A stretch of 64,000 nt of DNA, taken from Planctomycetota bacterium. Lineage in GTDB: Bacteria > Planctomycetota > GCA-002687715 > CAIWVZ01. Shown here in pieces: positions 39,848-50,118 of this stretch (positions are counted from its first letter, which is position 1; every line of letters starts with the position of its first letter). The stretch spans positions 96,001 to 160,000 of the forward strand of contig JBGANV010000002.1 of NCBI GenBank assembly GCA_044222185.1, written 5' to 3'. The translations under genes and the position numbers were made by a program. The notes under the pieces are model-generated. The model was given only the letters and a program-made list of their open reading frames with translations. It ran no database searches and was not told the origin of the DNA.

Positions 39848-40209
39848 GAGGGAGGGGTTCCTTGGAATGTCATCGACCTGGGCACCGGCACCGTGCCGGG
39901 ACCTTGCGGTGAGGGATCATTGGGTGATCGGTCATTTGAGCGCATTGGCCGCGCGCCCGGGTTCAGGCCCGAGCGGCCGGCCGGAGGCCTGCGAGCGGCG
40001 CGCCGCCGAGTCGGACGGAACCAAACGTCCGCTGGACCGGTCGGGGCGCCGACGGGCGCGGACCGTACTACCGGCCTCGGGAAACTGCAAGCGGGAATCA
40101 CTCCGCTGCACCGCAGGGAACGGATCCGCGCGCTGAGAAAAACTGTGCGTCGCAGCACGGTAGCCGCCCGGCCATGCGCGGCATTCGGCCGGGCGGTGCC
40201 ATCACCCGA

Positions 40210-41556
40210 TCAGATCGCCGTGGCCGTCTGCGTCTTCGGGTCGAATCGCCAGGCCTTCCCCTCCCAGAGCGAGCGGGTGGCGAGGTCGACGATGACCATC
40301 ACCTTGCAGGCGAATGCCACCGGGCTGACGTTGGGCTTGCGAGTCCGGATGGAATTCATCCAGTCGACCCGCAGCTCGATCTGGTCGTCCTGCCCCTTGC
40401 ACTCGATCTTCTTCTCCTCGATCTCGTCGGCGAACACGCGCTCGGGCCGCAGGACGCAGTTGTTCCCGCCCAGGAGCAGATTGGCCTGATGCCCGCGGAT
40501 CAGCGTCTCCAGGCCGGACTCGTTGCACGTGGAACCGGCAACGACCATGGTGTGCTCGTTCTCGAACTCGATCGTGAGGTGAACCTGGTCGTGGTTCTCC
40601 ATCTTCTTGTCGACGTAGTGGCCGCCCGCGGCGGAGACGCGCACCGGCCAGCCCAGGTTGGTCGCCCAGATCAACGGCGTCATCTGGTGGACGAGAAGGT
40701 CACCCACGATCCCCGTCGACCACTTCCGATAGCGGCGCCAGCGGTGGAACACCTCGGTGTCGAACGGCTGCGCGCCCAGGGGGCCGCACCAGGCATCCCA
40801 GTCGAGCATCTCGCCCGGCTTCACCTCCGGGTTGATCTTGTAGAGCCACTCGCCGTCTTTCGAATTGCGGCAGTAGCTCGTCTGGCTCAACGTCAGATGT
40901 CCCAGCACCCCCGTGTCGATTATCTTCTTCGCCTCGATGTACTTGGGGGTCAGCATGTACTGGGTGCCGACCTGGAAGATCTGCTCGTTGGCGTCGACGA
41001 CCTTCTTGATGCGGAAGGCATCCTCGAAGGTCAGCGTCATGGGCTTCTCGCAGTAGACGTCCTTGCCCGCCAGGATGCTGTCGATCGACATCTGCGCGTG
41101 CCAGTGCTCCGGCGCCGCGATCAAGACGCCGTGGATGTCGTCCCGGGCGATGAGGTCCTTGTAATTGCGATACCCGTCGACCTTGGTCTTCTGGCGGTCG
41201 CTGCACTTCTTGACCGCGTGGTCGAGGTTCGGCTTGCAGACGTCGGCGACGGCGGCGATCTCGCATTTGACCCGGTTCGAGGAGTTCAGCCCCATGAACG
41301 CGTCCAAGTGCGCCGAGCCCATGCCGCCCACGCCGATGACTCCGATGCGGAGCGGAGCACCCTCATCGAGCTTGGCTCGGGGCTTGGCCTTTTGCGCGGC
41401 GTCCTGTGGGACCACCACCGACGGGCGCGGCTCTGCCGGGACGGACGCGCGGGCGATCCCGCTGGCCGCGGCGAGGACGGCCGCCTTGCGCAGGAAGTCT
41501 CGACGGGAGGAGTTCTCGGGCGATCCCGAACGGTCTGACGGTTTTGTGGGCTTCAT
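40210..41556 (-). CDS. Tat-exported Gfo/Idh/MocA oxidoreductase
   Basis: SSRRDFLRKAAVLAAASG signal; IGVGGMG, APEHWH, KDVYCEKPM, QVGTQ, GDLLVH. Confidence 0.9.
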   Translation of the reverse strand: MKPTKPSDRSGSPENSSRRDFLRKAAVLAAASGIARASVPAEPRPSVVVPQDAAQKAKPRAKLDEGAPLRIGVIGVGGMGSAHLDAFMGLNSSNRVKCEIAAVADVCKPNLDHAVKKCSDRQKTKVDGYRNYKDLIARDDIHGVLIAAPEHWHAQMSIDSILAGKDVYCEKPMTLTFEDAFRIKKVVDANEQIFQVGTQYMLTPKYIEAKKIIDTGVLGHLTLSQTSYCRNSKDGEWLYKINPEVKPGEMLDWDAWCGPLGAQPFDTEVFHRWRRYRKWSTGIVGDLLVHQMTPLIWATNLGWPVRVSAAGGHYVDKKMENHDQVHLTIEFENEHTMVVAGSTCNESGLETLIRGHQANLLLGGNNCVLRPERVFADEIEEKKIECKGQDDQIELRVDWMNSIRTRKPNVSPVAFACKVMVIVDLATRSLWEGKAWRFDPKTQTATAI

Positions 41557-41709
41557 TGGGAGGGCGGCGATTCTATAGGCGCGGTTCAAAAACGGGCAAC
41601 GGGGAACTGCAACAACGTTCGGCGCCTGATCCGCGTAAGCCCGTGACTCAGACCCGGCGACGAGCGCCCAGCCCCGGAACCACACGCTCACCCCGCGGCC
41701 CCACTCCGA

Positions 41710-43140
41710 TCAGAAGTCCAGTTGCGTGTACAAGTCCATCCGCACGGCGTTGCCGAGGTGGAGGTCGACCCACTGGGTCTCCCAGTAGATCACGTCGAGA
41801 CCCGCCTTCCAGCCCGAGCCGATGTCGTACTTCGTCGCAAGATAAAGCGTCCAGTTGAGATCACGGTACCCCGGCGCGAGGTCTTCGGAGTCCGCGTTGT
41901 CGATCGTCCCGCCGAGCGTCACGGTGAAACAATCGGTCGCTTGCAAGACGAGCTCGACCCACCCACCGATGGCATCGATCTCGTGCCCGAACGCCGCGCT
42001 GGTCGGGTCCGTGTTCAGCGTCTGGCCGATGGAGCCGCGGACGTCGCCCAAGGCCGATCCGATCTGCGCCTCCCCGCGAAGGCTCACGGGGCCAAAGAGC
42101 GGCACGGTCCAATCGACGCCGCCGAGCCACGCGGTGAAATCGTGATCGCCGCCGTAGGCGCGATCGGTCTCGTATCCGGCCCAGTACCCCCATGCGCCGA
42201 CGGCGATCACCTTTCCATCGACCCAGGACGGCAGTGTCCCCCCGAACCGACCCTGGAAATTCGGATGCCCTGAGTCGAACCCGTCGCGTTCCGTCGACTT
42301 GTAGGCGACAGGCGGCGGGGTCGTGGCGTCCACGTCCTGGTTCTTCACCGAGCCTGTGGGGCCGGCGTGCAGCCGGAACTGGAACGAGCTCGCCTTGGGA
42401 TCACCGCGATCCCAGATGAACTCCACCTGGGGTCGCCGGTGGCCGACGTTGCCCGCGTCCCACATGATCGTCTCGCCGTTCACCGAAGGAATCAGCGGGC
42501 CGATGGCGTCCCAGTCCTGACCGAAGCGGAGGGAGACCTCGTCGAACTGGGCCGTGAAGTACGCGAGCCGCAACCGCGGGACCGGGAGCGATTCGCCAAT
42601 GCCCGCCGGGAAGTTCGCAAAGTCCATCTCCAGCTTGCCCGTCACGTTGGCGCTCCCGATCTTCCCCGCATCGAGGTCGAATCCAAACCGCGTGAGACGG
42701 GAGTCGAAGGCGAAGTCGTCGTCGTTCGGTTGCGCGTTCACCGAATCCTCGGGCACGACGACGGTCGGCGTGATCTGGCTGTCCTGACGCGCGGTGTTGT
42801 AGTAGGCGTCGAGACGGAAGAAGCCGTAGAACTTCAGCGGGAACCCGGAGCGCGTGAGTTGTTTCCACGTGACGCCGTCGGCTACCCGCGCGGACACGGC
42901 GTTCACCTGCGTCTCGAGCGCTTGCCCGGCCTCGGCCTCGCTACGTTCGGCACGCACGGCGCGCAGCTCGGCCTCGAGCGCTTCGTTGCGCCGCTCGCTG
43001 CGCTCGAGCCGCTCGAGGATCCGCTGGGTGCGGTCCTCAAGCTCCTGGAAGCGGCGATCATCGCCGGCCCGCCCGTCCTGGCCCCGAACACACAGCGCCG
43101 CGAGGCACGCGACGCCGATCACGATCCCGGTCGACTTCAT
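41710..43140 (-). CDS. DcaP-like outer-membrane porin
   Basis: Signal peptide, N-terminal coiled coil, KFYGFFRLDAYY, LTRFG, GKLEMDF, PRLRLAY, GQDWD; terminal beta-signal YTQLDF. Confidence 0.8.
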   Translation of the reverse strand: MKSTGIVIGVACLAALCVRGQDGRAGDDRRFQELEDRTQRILERLERSERRNEALEAELRAVRAERSEAEAGQALETQVNAVSARVADGVTWKQLTRSGFPLKFYGFFRLDAYYNTARQDSQITPTVVVPEDSVNAQPNDDDFAFDSRLTRFGFDLDAGKIGSANVTGKLEMDFANFPAGIGESLPVPRLRLAYFTAQFDEVSLRFGQDWDAIGPLIPSVNGETIMWDAGNVGHRRPQVEFIWDRGDPKASSFQFRLHAGPTGSVKNQDVDATTPPPVAYKSTERDGFDSGHPNFQGRFGGTLPSWVDGKVIAVGAWGYWAGYETDRAYGGDHDFTAWLGGVDWTVPLFGPVSLRGEAQIGSALGDVRGSIGQTLNTDPTSAAFGHEIDAIGGWVELVLQATDCFTVTLGGTIDNADSEDLAPGYRDLNWTLYLATKYDIGSGWKAGLDVIYWETQWVDLHLGNAVRMDLYTQLDF

Positions 43141-43173
43141 GATGTGTTCTCCTATTCCTTCGAGTCCCTCGAG

Positions 43174-43491
43174 TCACGGCTTCCGCTCGATCACGTCCCG
43201 TGCCCAGGCCAGCGCGGCCATCGCTCCGGGAAAACCGATCGTGGGGATGAGCAGGAGCAGCGCGTGGTAGATCTCCTCCTTCGAGACGCCGGCCTTCAGC
43301 GCCTTGCGAACGTGCGCGTGGAGGCCGCCCTCCAGACGCGCCGCCCCCGAGATCGCAACCTTCACGAGCGCCCGCGTCTTCTCGTCGAGTGCCCCGGCAC
43401 CATGCGCCGACTGCCCGAGCGCTTCGTAGGCACGCGCCACGTCCGGGAAGGTCGTCTGGAACCACGCGTAGTGAGATGGCAGTTCGTTCAC
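43174..43491 (-). CDS. Carboxymuconolactone decarboxylase/AhpD-like protein without Cys
   Basis: ALDEKTRALVKVAI, HAHVRKALKAGVSKEEI, TIGFP. Confidence 0.85.
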   Translation of the reverse strand: MNELPSHYAWFQTTFPDVARAYEALGQSAHGAGALDEKTRALVKVAISGAARLEGGLHAHVRKALKAGVSKEEIYHALLLLIPTIGFPGAMAALAWARDVIERKP

Positions 43492-43518
43492 GGTGAAAAT
43501 CCCCGTTTTGGGCCTTAG

Positions 43519-44646
43519 TCAGCGGGCGGATGCCTCTGCGCGAAATGCCGCCAGGAATCGCCACGCGAAGAGACCGAGGGCGCCGGTCAGCGGCGCCAGG
43601 GCGAGAAGGCTCGGCAACGTGAAGGTCGGAAGGAGCGGGGGCGCGAGGATCAGCACGATGTCCACGATCCGCCCGGCCAGGAGCACCCAGCCGACGCGGA
43701 GGATCATGTCCTCGTTCCGACGCAGCGTGCGCGGCATCAGCGTCGCGAAGGGCACGAGCCAGTTGAGTGCGACGTTCACCAGCTCGACCGCGGGCCAGCC
43801 TCCGCCGCTCCGCGCGGTGTACCAGGCCGTCTCCTCCGGCATGTTCGTGTACCAGACGAGCATGTACTGACAGAAACGGATGTAGCCCCAGAACAACGTG
43901 AGCGACAGCGCGACCTTGCCGAGGTCGTCGAAGCCATCCGTCGTGATTCCGCGATGGCTCCCGGCTCGACGAGACAACACGGACATCACCATCACGAGCG
44001 CGACGCCAGACAGCGCGATCCCGCTCATGATGAGGAGGGCGTACATCGTGCTGAACCACGCAGGCTCGATGGACTGGAACCAATCGATCGACGCCACGCT
44101 GAACGTGACGGCAAACACGAGGAGGAACACGGCCGAGTCCCGCAACGCCCGGTACCGACTGCCGGACGATGGCGCGGACGACGCGTGCCGGAGGCTCGCG
44201 CCCAGCCGCGAGGCGAGCCAAAGCCACATCGCGAGGACGAGGAGGAGTCGCGCCGCGAAGAACGGCGTGTTCAACCAGCCCGCCCGATGCGACGTGGCGT
44301 GCGCGCCGTCTCCGCCGGCGTGAGCCCAGGAGTACAGCGCGCTCGTGCCGAAGATGATCAGGACGCCGAAAGCGGCTGCGACGGGCAACGTCCGCCCCAT
44401 GGCGTCGATCACCGGTCGGAACGGGATCGCCCAGCGTGCGCTCGTCAGCTCGCGGATGGCGGCGAAGAACGGACCGGCGACGGCAAACCCGAGAAGCGCG
44501 AGGAATCCCATGAGGACGCCGGCCCACGAGGCCCTGGCATCCAGATAGAGCCCGAGGACGAACACGGCGGCGCCGCCGAGGGCCATCGCACGGAAGACGC
44601 GCTCGAGGCCCGACGCCGGGCCAGTCACCGCGGTGGTGCGGATCAT
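43519..44646 (-). CDS. actF: Alternative complex III subunit F
   Basis: About 10 TM; WLNTPFFAAR, SIDWFQSIEPAWFSTMY, DLGK, QYMLVWYTNMPEETAWY. Confidence 0.88.
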   Translation of the reverse strand: MIRTTAVTGPASGLERVFRAMALGGAAVFVLGLYLDARASWAGVLMGFLALLGFAVAGPFFAAIRELTSARWAIPFRPVIDAMGRTLPVAAAFGVLIIFGTSALYSWAHAGGDGAHATSHRAGWLNTPFFAARLLLVLAMWLWLASRLGASLRHASSAPSSGSRYRALRDSAVFLLVFAVTFSVASIDWFQSIEPAWFSTMYALLIMSGIALSGVALVMVMSVLSRRAGSHRGITTDGFDDLGKVALSLTLFWGYIRFCQYMLVWYTNMPEETAWYTARSGGGWPAVELVNVALNWLVPFATLMPRTLRRNEDMILRVGWVLLAGRIVDIVLILAPPLLPTFTLPSLLALAPLTGALGLFAWRFLAAFRAEASAR

Positions 44647-45194
44647 TTCTTCACCTCCCGCTGAAGGGCGCGCACCCGAAGGATCACCTTCCAGCGATCG
44701 TCGGGCGGAAGCTGGGCCGCGTAGGACGCCATGTTGTTCTGGCCCGTCGTCAGGATGTGGAACATCTCGCCGTCCGTGAGTTTCAGAGCATGCGCGGCCT
44801 TCATCGAGGGCGGCGCCTGCATCCCTCGGAGCACGACGGGCGGCGGCGTTTCGCCGTCAGGGCCGTGGCAGGTCATGCAATAGATCATGAAGAGACGCTC
44901 GCCCCTGGCGAGCGCGCCGGCGTCGTCGGCTCTGTAGGGGTTCGTCAGCTCGCGCCCTGCGCGGGCCTGCTCGTCGAGTCCCTTGGCGAAGTCGAAGACC
45001 TCGCTGCCGACGAGAGCCACGCCGGCCGGGAGCTCCACGGATCGCACGTTCGCCTTCACGGCGGGGGTCCGCGCCATGTCCGGGAAGAACTCGAGCCCGC
45101 GAACGGAGCCGTCGGGTGGCAACGCACTGCGCAGCACGAGAAGCAGGGCGACCGCTGCGAGCGTCGCGACGATGATTCCGCGTGATCCTTTCAT
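44643..45194 (-). CDS. actE: Alternative complex III monoheme cytochrome c subunit E
   Basis: N-terminal anchor, FPDM, CMTCHG, DGEMFHILTTGQNNMASYA, DRWKVILRVRALQ; ATGA overlaps on both sides. Confidence 0.88.
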   Translation of the reverse strand: MKGSRGIIVATLAAVALLLVLRSALPPDGSVRGLEFFPDMARTPAVKANVRSVELPAGVALVGSEVFDFAKGLDEQARAGRELTNPYRADDAGALARGERLFMIYCMTCHGPDGETPPPVVLRGMQAPPSMKAAHALKLTDGEMFHILTTGQNNMASYAAQLPPDDRWKVILRVRALQREVKK

Positions 45195-45709
45195 GCGATC
45201 ACCTCCCAGGTCTTCGCGGCGCCGTGGCGAACGAGGAGGGCCTCCACGTCCACCCATTCCGGCGCGTCGAGGCTGCGGGCGACGATCAAGGCGAAGCGAT
45301 CGTCCGTGACGCCCTCGATCTGCGGCGCCGGGAGTTTCCCAGGGCGAAGCCCCGACCTGACGATCACGGCGAACACGGTCGCGAGCCCGGCACAGAGGAT
45401 CGTGAGTTCGAACGCCACGGGCATGAACGCCGGGAACGAGTTCCACGGCTTGCCTCCCACGTCGATGGGCCAGTCCGCCGCCGAAGCCCAGTACTGCAAG
45501 CCAAACCCGGCGGCGAGCCCGAACAAACCAGCGCACAGCGTCACCCATGGAAGGCGCGAGCGGCGAAGCTGGAGGAGATCATCCAGCCCGTGCACCGGGT
45601 AGGGCGTGTGCGCGTCGAGGATGCGGAGATCCGCACGCCGACAAGCACGAGCCGCCGCGAGGAAGGACGTCTCGTCGGTGAAGACTCCGAACTGCAATCG
45701 GCGGTTCAT
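45191..45709 (-). CDS. actD: Alternative complex III subunit D (DUF3341)
   Basis: DAHTPYPVHGLD, DWPIDVGGKP, PAFMPVAFELTIL, TDDRF. Confidence 0.9.
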   Translation of the reverse strand: MNRRLQFGVFTDETSFLAAARACRRADLRILDAHTPYPVHGLDDLLQLRRSRLPWVTLCAGLFGLAAGFGLQYWASAADWPIDVGGKPWNSFPAFMPVAFELTILCAGLATVFAVIVRSGLRPGKLPAPQIEGVTDDRFALIVARSLDAPEWVDVEALLVRHGAAKTWEVIA

Positions 45710-47139
45710 GAGTGCGCCTCCCGATCGTGCCCGCCGTGTCCCTGGCCGAGCACCGTCTTCACCTCGAACATGGAGATCATGGGTCCGAAGCGACAGAAGA
45801 GCAGGAACGCCGTGAAGAAGAGACCGAAGGCTCCGATCATGGCCCCGCCTTCGATCCACGTCGGGCAGTATCCCGCCCACGTCGACGGGAGGAACTCCCG
45901 CGTGAGCGAGGTGACGATGATCACGAAGCGCTCGAACCACATGCCCACGTTCACGACGAGTGAGAGCACGAAGACGGCGGGGATCGAATAGCGGACGCGC
46001 CGGAACCACAGCAGCTGCGGCGCGATCACGTTGCACGCGAACATCGTCCAGTAGGCCCACGCGAACGGACCCGCCATGCGATTCTTGAAGGCGAATTGCT
46101 CGTAGGGATTGCCCGACCACCACGCCGTGAACAGCTCGGTGACGTAGGCGAGCCCGACGATCGTCCCGGTGAAGACCAGGATCCTGCACATGGCGAGGAT
46201 GTGCCGCTGCGTGATGTAGTTCTCGAACCTCATCACGCGCCGCGCGATGATCATGAGCGTGAGCACCATCGCGAAGCCAGAGAAGACGGCGCCGATGACG
46301 AAGTACGGAGGGAAGATGGTGGTGTGCCAGCCCGGAACGATGGACGTGGCGAAATCCATGCTCACGACGCTGTGGACGGAAACGACGAGCGGTGTCGCCA
46401 GCGCGGCCAGCAGCACGCATGCGATCTCATAGCGGTGCCAGGTTCGCGCCGACCCGCTCCAACCGAGGCTGAGCCACCCAAAGAGCTTCTTGCGCAGGCC
46501 GCGGGCGCGATCCCGGATCGTCGCCAGGTCGGGGATCAGGCCCAGGTACCAGAACAGCAGCGAGATCGTGAAGTACGTCCCGATGGCGAAGACGTCCCAG
46601 AGCAAGGCCGACCGGAAGTTCACCCACAGCGAGCCACGCGTGTTCGGATAGGGAAACACCCAGAGCGCGAGCCACGGCCGCCCCATGTGGATCACGGGGA
46701 ATATGCCGGCACAGATGACGGCGAAGATCGTCATCGCTTCGGCGGAGCGATTGATCGAGGTTCGCCACTTCTGCCGGAGCAGGAGGAGCACCGCCGAGAT
46801 CAACGTGCCGGCGTGACCGATTCCGACCCAGAACACGAAGTTCGTGATGTCGAACGCCCAGCCGACGGAGTTGTTGAGGCCCCACGTCCCGATCCCTGTG
46901 GCGATCTGGTAGCCCACGCACCAGACCCCGTACCCGAGTGCGACGACGGCCGCGACGAACGCGCCGTACCACAGCCCCGTCGGTCGCCCCTCGATGGGCG
47001 AGCACACGTCGCGAGTGACGTCCGACGGGCGAAGCCCTCCCTTGATCACGGGTGCATCGTGTGGGTCGACGTCGTGGGCCGGTGCTTGGGCCGTCGAGGG
47101 GCGACTCGCGGGAACATCGATCAAACCGGACGTCTGCAT
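45706..47139 (-). CDS. actC: Alternative complex III subunit C (NrfD/PsrC family quinol-oxidising subunit)
   Basis: WAFDITNFVFWVGIGHAGTLISA, RSAEAMT, IHMGRPW, LWDVFAI, LVVSVHSVVSMDFA, MWFERFVII. Confidence 0.93.
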   Translation of the reverse strand: MQTSGLIDVPASRPSTAQAPAHDVDPHDAPVIKGGLRPSDVTRDVCSPIEGRPTGLWYGAFVAAVVALGYGVWCVGYQIATGIGTWGLNNSVGWAFDITNFVFWVGIGHAGTLISAVLLLLRQKWRTSINRSAEAMTIFAVICAGIFPVIHMGRPWLALWVFPYPNTRGSLWVNFRSALLWDVFAIGTYFTISLLFWYLGLIPDLATIRDRARGLRKKLFGWLSLGWSGSARTWHRYEIACVLLAALATPLVVSVHSVVSMDFATSIVPGWHTTIFPPYFVIGAVFSGFAMVLTLMIIARRVMRFENYITQRHILAMCRILVFTGTIVGLAYVTELFTAWWSGNPYEQFAFKNRMAGPFAWAYWTMFACNVIAPQLLWFRRVRYSIPAVFVLSLVVNVGMWFERFVIIVTSLTREFLPSTWAGYCPTWIEGGAMIGAFGLFFTAFLLFCRFGPMISMFEVKTVLGQGHGGHDREAHS

Positions 47140-47148
47140 GGCGCCTCC

Positions 47149-50109
47149 TCACGACTCCCGGTTGCGGATTTGAGCGAGGTAACGGACCGACGGTCGCACG
47201 TTCAGCTCCTCGAGGACGCGATAGGACCTCACCGACTCCGCCTTCTTCGAGACCGCGCTCTTCGGATCGGCCAGGTTGCCGAACGTGATGGCGCGCGTCG
47301 GACACGACTGCGCACAGGCGGTCGTGAATTCGCCGTCGCGGAGCGGCTCGCCGCGGCGCTTCGCATCAAGCGACGCATCGCGGATCCGCTGGACGCACAA
47401 GCTGCACTTCTCCATCACGCCACGGCTGCGGACGGTCACGTTGGGATTCAGCGCGAGATTCGCCAGCTGGTCGTCGTGGGGGTAATCGAACCAGTTGAAG
47501 CGACGGACCTTGTAGGGGCAGGTGTTGGCGCAATAGCGCGTGCCCACGCAGCGGTTGTAGACCTGCTGATTGAGCCCGTCCTCGGAATGGACCGTCGCGA
47601 GAACCGGGCACACGGCCTCGCACGGCGCATTGCCGCAGTGCTGGCACATCATCGGCTGATGCGCGACGTGGACGTCGTCGCCGTCGCCTTGCGCATAACG
47701 ATCCACGCGCATCCAGGCCATGTCGCGATGACGGCGAACCTCGTCCCGACCGACGACGGGAATGTTGTTCTCCGCCTGGCACGCAATCACGCACGCGGAG
47801 CATCCGTTGCAGGCATTCACGTCGACGGCGAGACCCCAACGAGGCCCGTCCGTCGTGTGGTCCTCGGGCCACATGCCGGGCTCCGGCCCTCCTTCGAGTC
47901 CGAGCGCCTCAGCCGGGTTGCGGCGGAATTCGCCCAGCGATGCCGAACGCACGGCGTCGCGCACCTCGCCGCCCACCGGCGCGAGATGCGGTGGAATATC
48001 GAGGCTCTGATACTCCTGGACCGTCGCCAGTTCGACGTGGGCGGCGGTGCGCGTGATCCGGCACGTGCGAACGTCGGTGCGGACGCAGCGGTCCGCGAAA
48101 GCGAGGAGCGGCGCGACGTTCACGCCGATCACGCCGCCGGCCGTCACTGCGGGGTGGGCGTCGACCCAGGCGGGACCCGCGTTCGCGAAACGATCGGTCC
48201 CCACGCGTCCATGCCCGAGCGGCATGGCGACGACTCGATCGTGCTGTCCAGGCTGCAGATGTACGGGCAGCTCGACGACGGGCGCTCCCCCACCACACTC
48301 GACTCGCACCACGTCGCCTTCCCCCACACCGATCTCACGTGCCGCGAGCGGCGACAACGACACCCACGACTCCCATGCGAGCCGGGTGACGGGGTCGGCC
48401 ATCTCCTGCAACCACGGATTCTGGGCGTGGCGGCCGTCGAGCAGCGCGGCCGTGGGATGGAGCACGAGCGCGAACGTCCCCGCAGCGGGAGGCGACGTCC
48501 TCGGCGCGGCTGCCAGATCGACGGCACCCGCGCCGCGGCCGCCCGTCGCCGGCGCCGGGACGACGACCGAACCCTCGCGCTGCACCTTGCCGAAGAATCG
48601 CCGGAACGGCCCGCCATCCGTGAACCGTGGATGGATCTCGCGCTCCCACGTCTCGCGCACCAGCTCCGCATCGGATCGTGTATCGCCCATCCATCGCGCG
48701 AGCGAGGCGCGAAGCGTGCGTGTCGAACGAAGCGGTTGCGACGCCGGCTGCTGGAGGCAGAACACGCCAGCCTGGGGCTCGGCATCTCCCCACGCCTCCA
48801 GTGCATGAGGCTCGGGGCACACCCAGTGAGCCAGCTCCGTGGTCTCGTCCTTCAACGACGCGACCGAGATCACGAGCCTGGCCTTGCGCAGTTGTTGCGA
48901 CAACCCGCCCGCACCGGGCAGGTCGTACGCCGGATTGCAGCCGGCGACGATCAACAGATCGACGCCGCCTGCGTCCAGCTCGTCACGAAGACCGGCGAGC
49001 TCGGCGTCGGACCCCCGGCGCTGGAACGACAGTCGTTCCAGGTCGAGGGTCGTGCCGAAGGCACCGAGCGCGCCGTTGATGTTGTCGACCCGAAGCTGGG
49101 TGTCCACGTCGTTGACACCGCACACGACCAGGGCGCGGCCGCGCGCGGCGACGAGCTCCGCCGCCAGCCGCGAGAGTTCCGATGCACGCGGCACTTCTCG
49201 CGCGACGTCCGTCGACCCGCCTCGCAGTCCGGACGCGACGGCCGCGTGGAGGGCAGCAATGGCCCCCTGGATTTCCCAGGGCGCGACCCGGAACCGCTCG
49301 TCGGCGCATCCGCCCGTCACCGTCATGCGTGACTCGAATTGCCAATGGCGCGCCATGCGACTCGACGTGTCGTCGGGGTTGCGGCGCCGAGACCAGGCGG
49401 CCGCGTGTTCCACCGGCGAGATCCACGGTCCGAGGAAGTCCGCCTCGAACGAGGCGATGACGTCGGCCCGGTCGAATCGATGGCGCGGGATGGCGCGGAC
49501 GCCGTGCGTCTTCGAGCAGGACTCGGCCATCGCCGAGGCGGACAGCGCGTCGTAGCTCACGTGCCGCGCGTCTCGGAAGCTCTGGAGAAACCGCCCGATC
49601 ACGCGGTTCGTGCTGGGGCTCGTCACCGATCCGGTGAGGAGCCGCACGCGGCCCCCGCCGTCGCGCACCGCCTGCAGTGCCGCGGTGATCTCCCGGTCCG
49701 CGTCTGCCCACGACGCAGGCTGCCGATTGCGCTGCGGTCCGTCGAAGCGGTGAGAATCGTAGAGGCCGATCACGGTCGCCTGACCCACGGCGCACAATCC
49801 GCCATCCGAAACCGGGTGCCCGGGCAGCCCCTCCAGCTTGACGGGCCGCCCGTCGAGGCACGTGGCGCGGACACCGCACCCTGCCGAGCAGCCCTGGCAC
49901 GTCGTCGCGATGGCGTAGCGGCGGCCCGGAACCACTCCCTCGCTCGGCGCGAGCGGCGCCACGATCTTGGACCCGGGAGCGCGCGAGCACCCGGCGACGC
50001 TCGCGGCTGCGATCCCGAAGCCGACCATCCGCAGGAAGGAACGCCGTGACGGCTCGGTCGTCTCGAACGGGAGGATCACGTCGTCGGCGTTGTGGGATTT
50101 CGCAGTCAT
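47149..50109 (-). CDS. actB: Alternative complex III subunit B (molybdopterin-oxidoreductase-like + 4Fe-4S domains)
   Basis: Tat lipoprotein signal SRRSFL...AGC; GRPVKLEG; CNGCSAC, CQHCGNAPCEAVCP, CVGTRYCANTCPY, CSLC...CAQSCP. Confidence 0.93.
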   Translation of the reverse strand: MTAKSHNADDVILPFETTEPSRRSFLRMVGFGIAAASVAGCSRAPGSKIVAPLAPSEGVVPGRRYAIATTCQGCSAGCGVRATCLDGRPVKLEGLPGHPVSDGGLCAVGQATVIGLYDSHRFDGPQRNRQPASWADADREITAALQAVRDGGGRVRLLTGSVTSPSTNRVIGRFLQSFRDARHVSYDALSASAMAESCSKTHGVRAIPRHRFDRADVIASFEADFLGPWISPVEHAAAWSRRRNPDDTSSRMARHWQFESRMTVTGGCADERFRVAPWEIQGAIAALHAAVASGLRGGSTDVAREVPRASELSRLAAELVAARGRALVVCGVNDVDTQLRVDNINGALGAFGTTLDLERLSFQRRGSDAELAGLRDELDAGGVDLLIVAGCNPAYDLPGAGGLSQQLRKARLVISVASLKDETTELAHWVCPEPHALEAWGDAEPQAGVFCLQQPASQPLRSTRTLRASLARWMGDTRSDAELVRETWEREIHPRFTDGGPFRRFFGKVQREGSVVVPAPATGGRGAGAVDLAAAPRTSPPAAGTFALVLHPTAALLDGRHAQNPWLQEMADPVTRLAWESWVSLSPLAAREIGVGEGDVVRVECGGGAPVVELPVHLQPGQHDRVVAMPLGHGRVGTDRFANAGPAWVDAHPAVTAGGVIGVNVAPLLAFADRCVRTDVRTCRITRTAAHVELATVQEYQSLDIPPHLAPVGGEVRDAVRSASLGEFRRNPAEALGLEGGPEPGMWPEDHTTDGPRWGLAVDVNACNGCSACVIACQAENNIPVVGRDEVRRHRDMAWMRVDRYAQGDGDDVHVAHQPMMCQHCGNAPCEAVCPVLATVHSEDGLNQQVYNRCVGTRYCANTCPYKVRRFNWFDYPHDDQLANLALNPNVTVRSRGVMEKCSLCVQRIRDASLDAKRRGEPLRDGEFTTACAQSCPTRAITFGNLADPKSAVSKKAESVRSYRVLEELNVRPSVRYLAQIRNRES

Positions 50110-50118
50110 GGCACGGAC

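Noticed and set aside
45706-50109. Polysulfide reductase or Nrf module
   Set aside because: The full actA-F gene set and order, with DUF3341 and a monoheme ActE, identify ACIII; no nrfA present.
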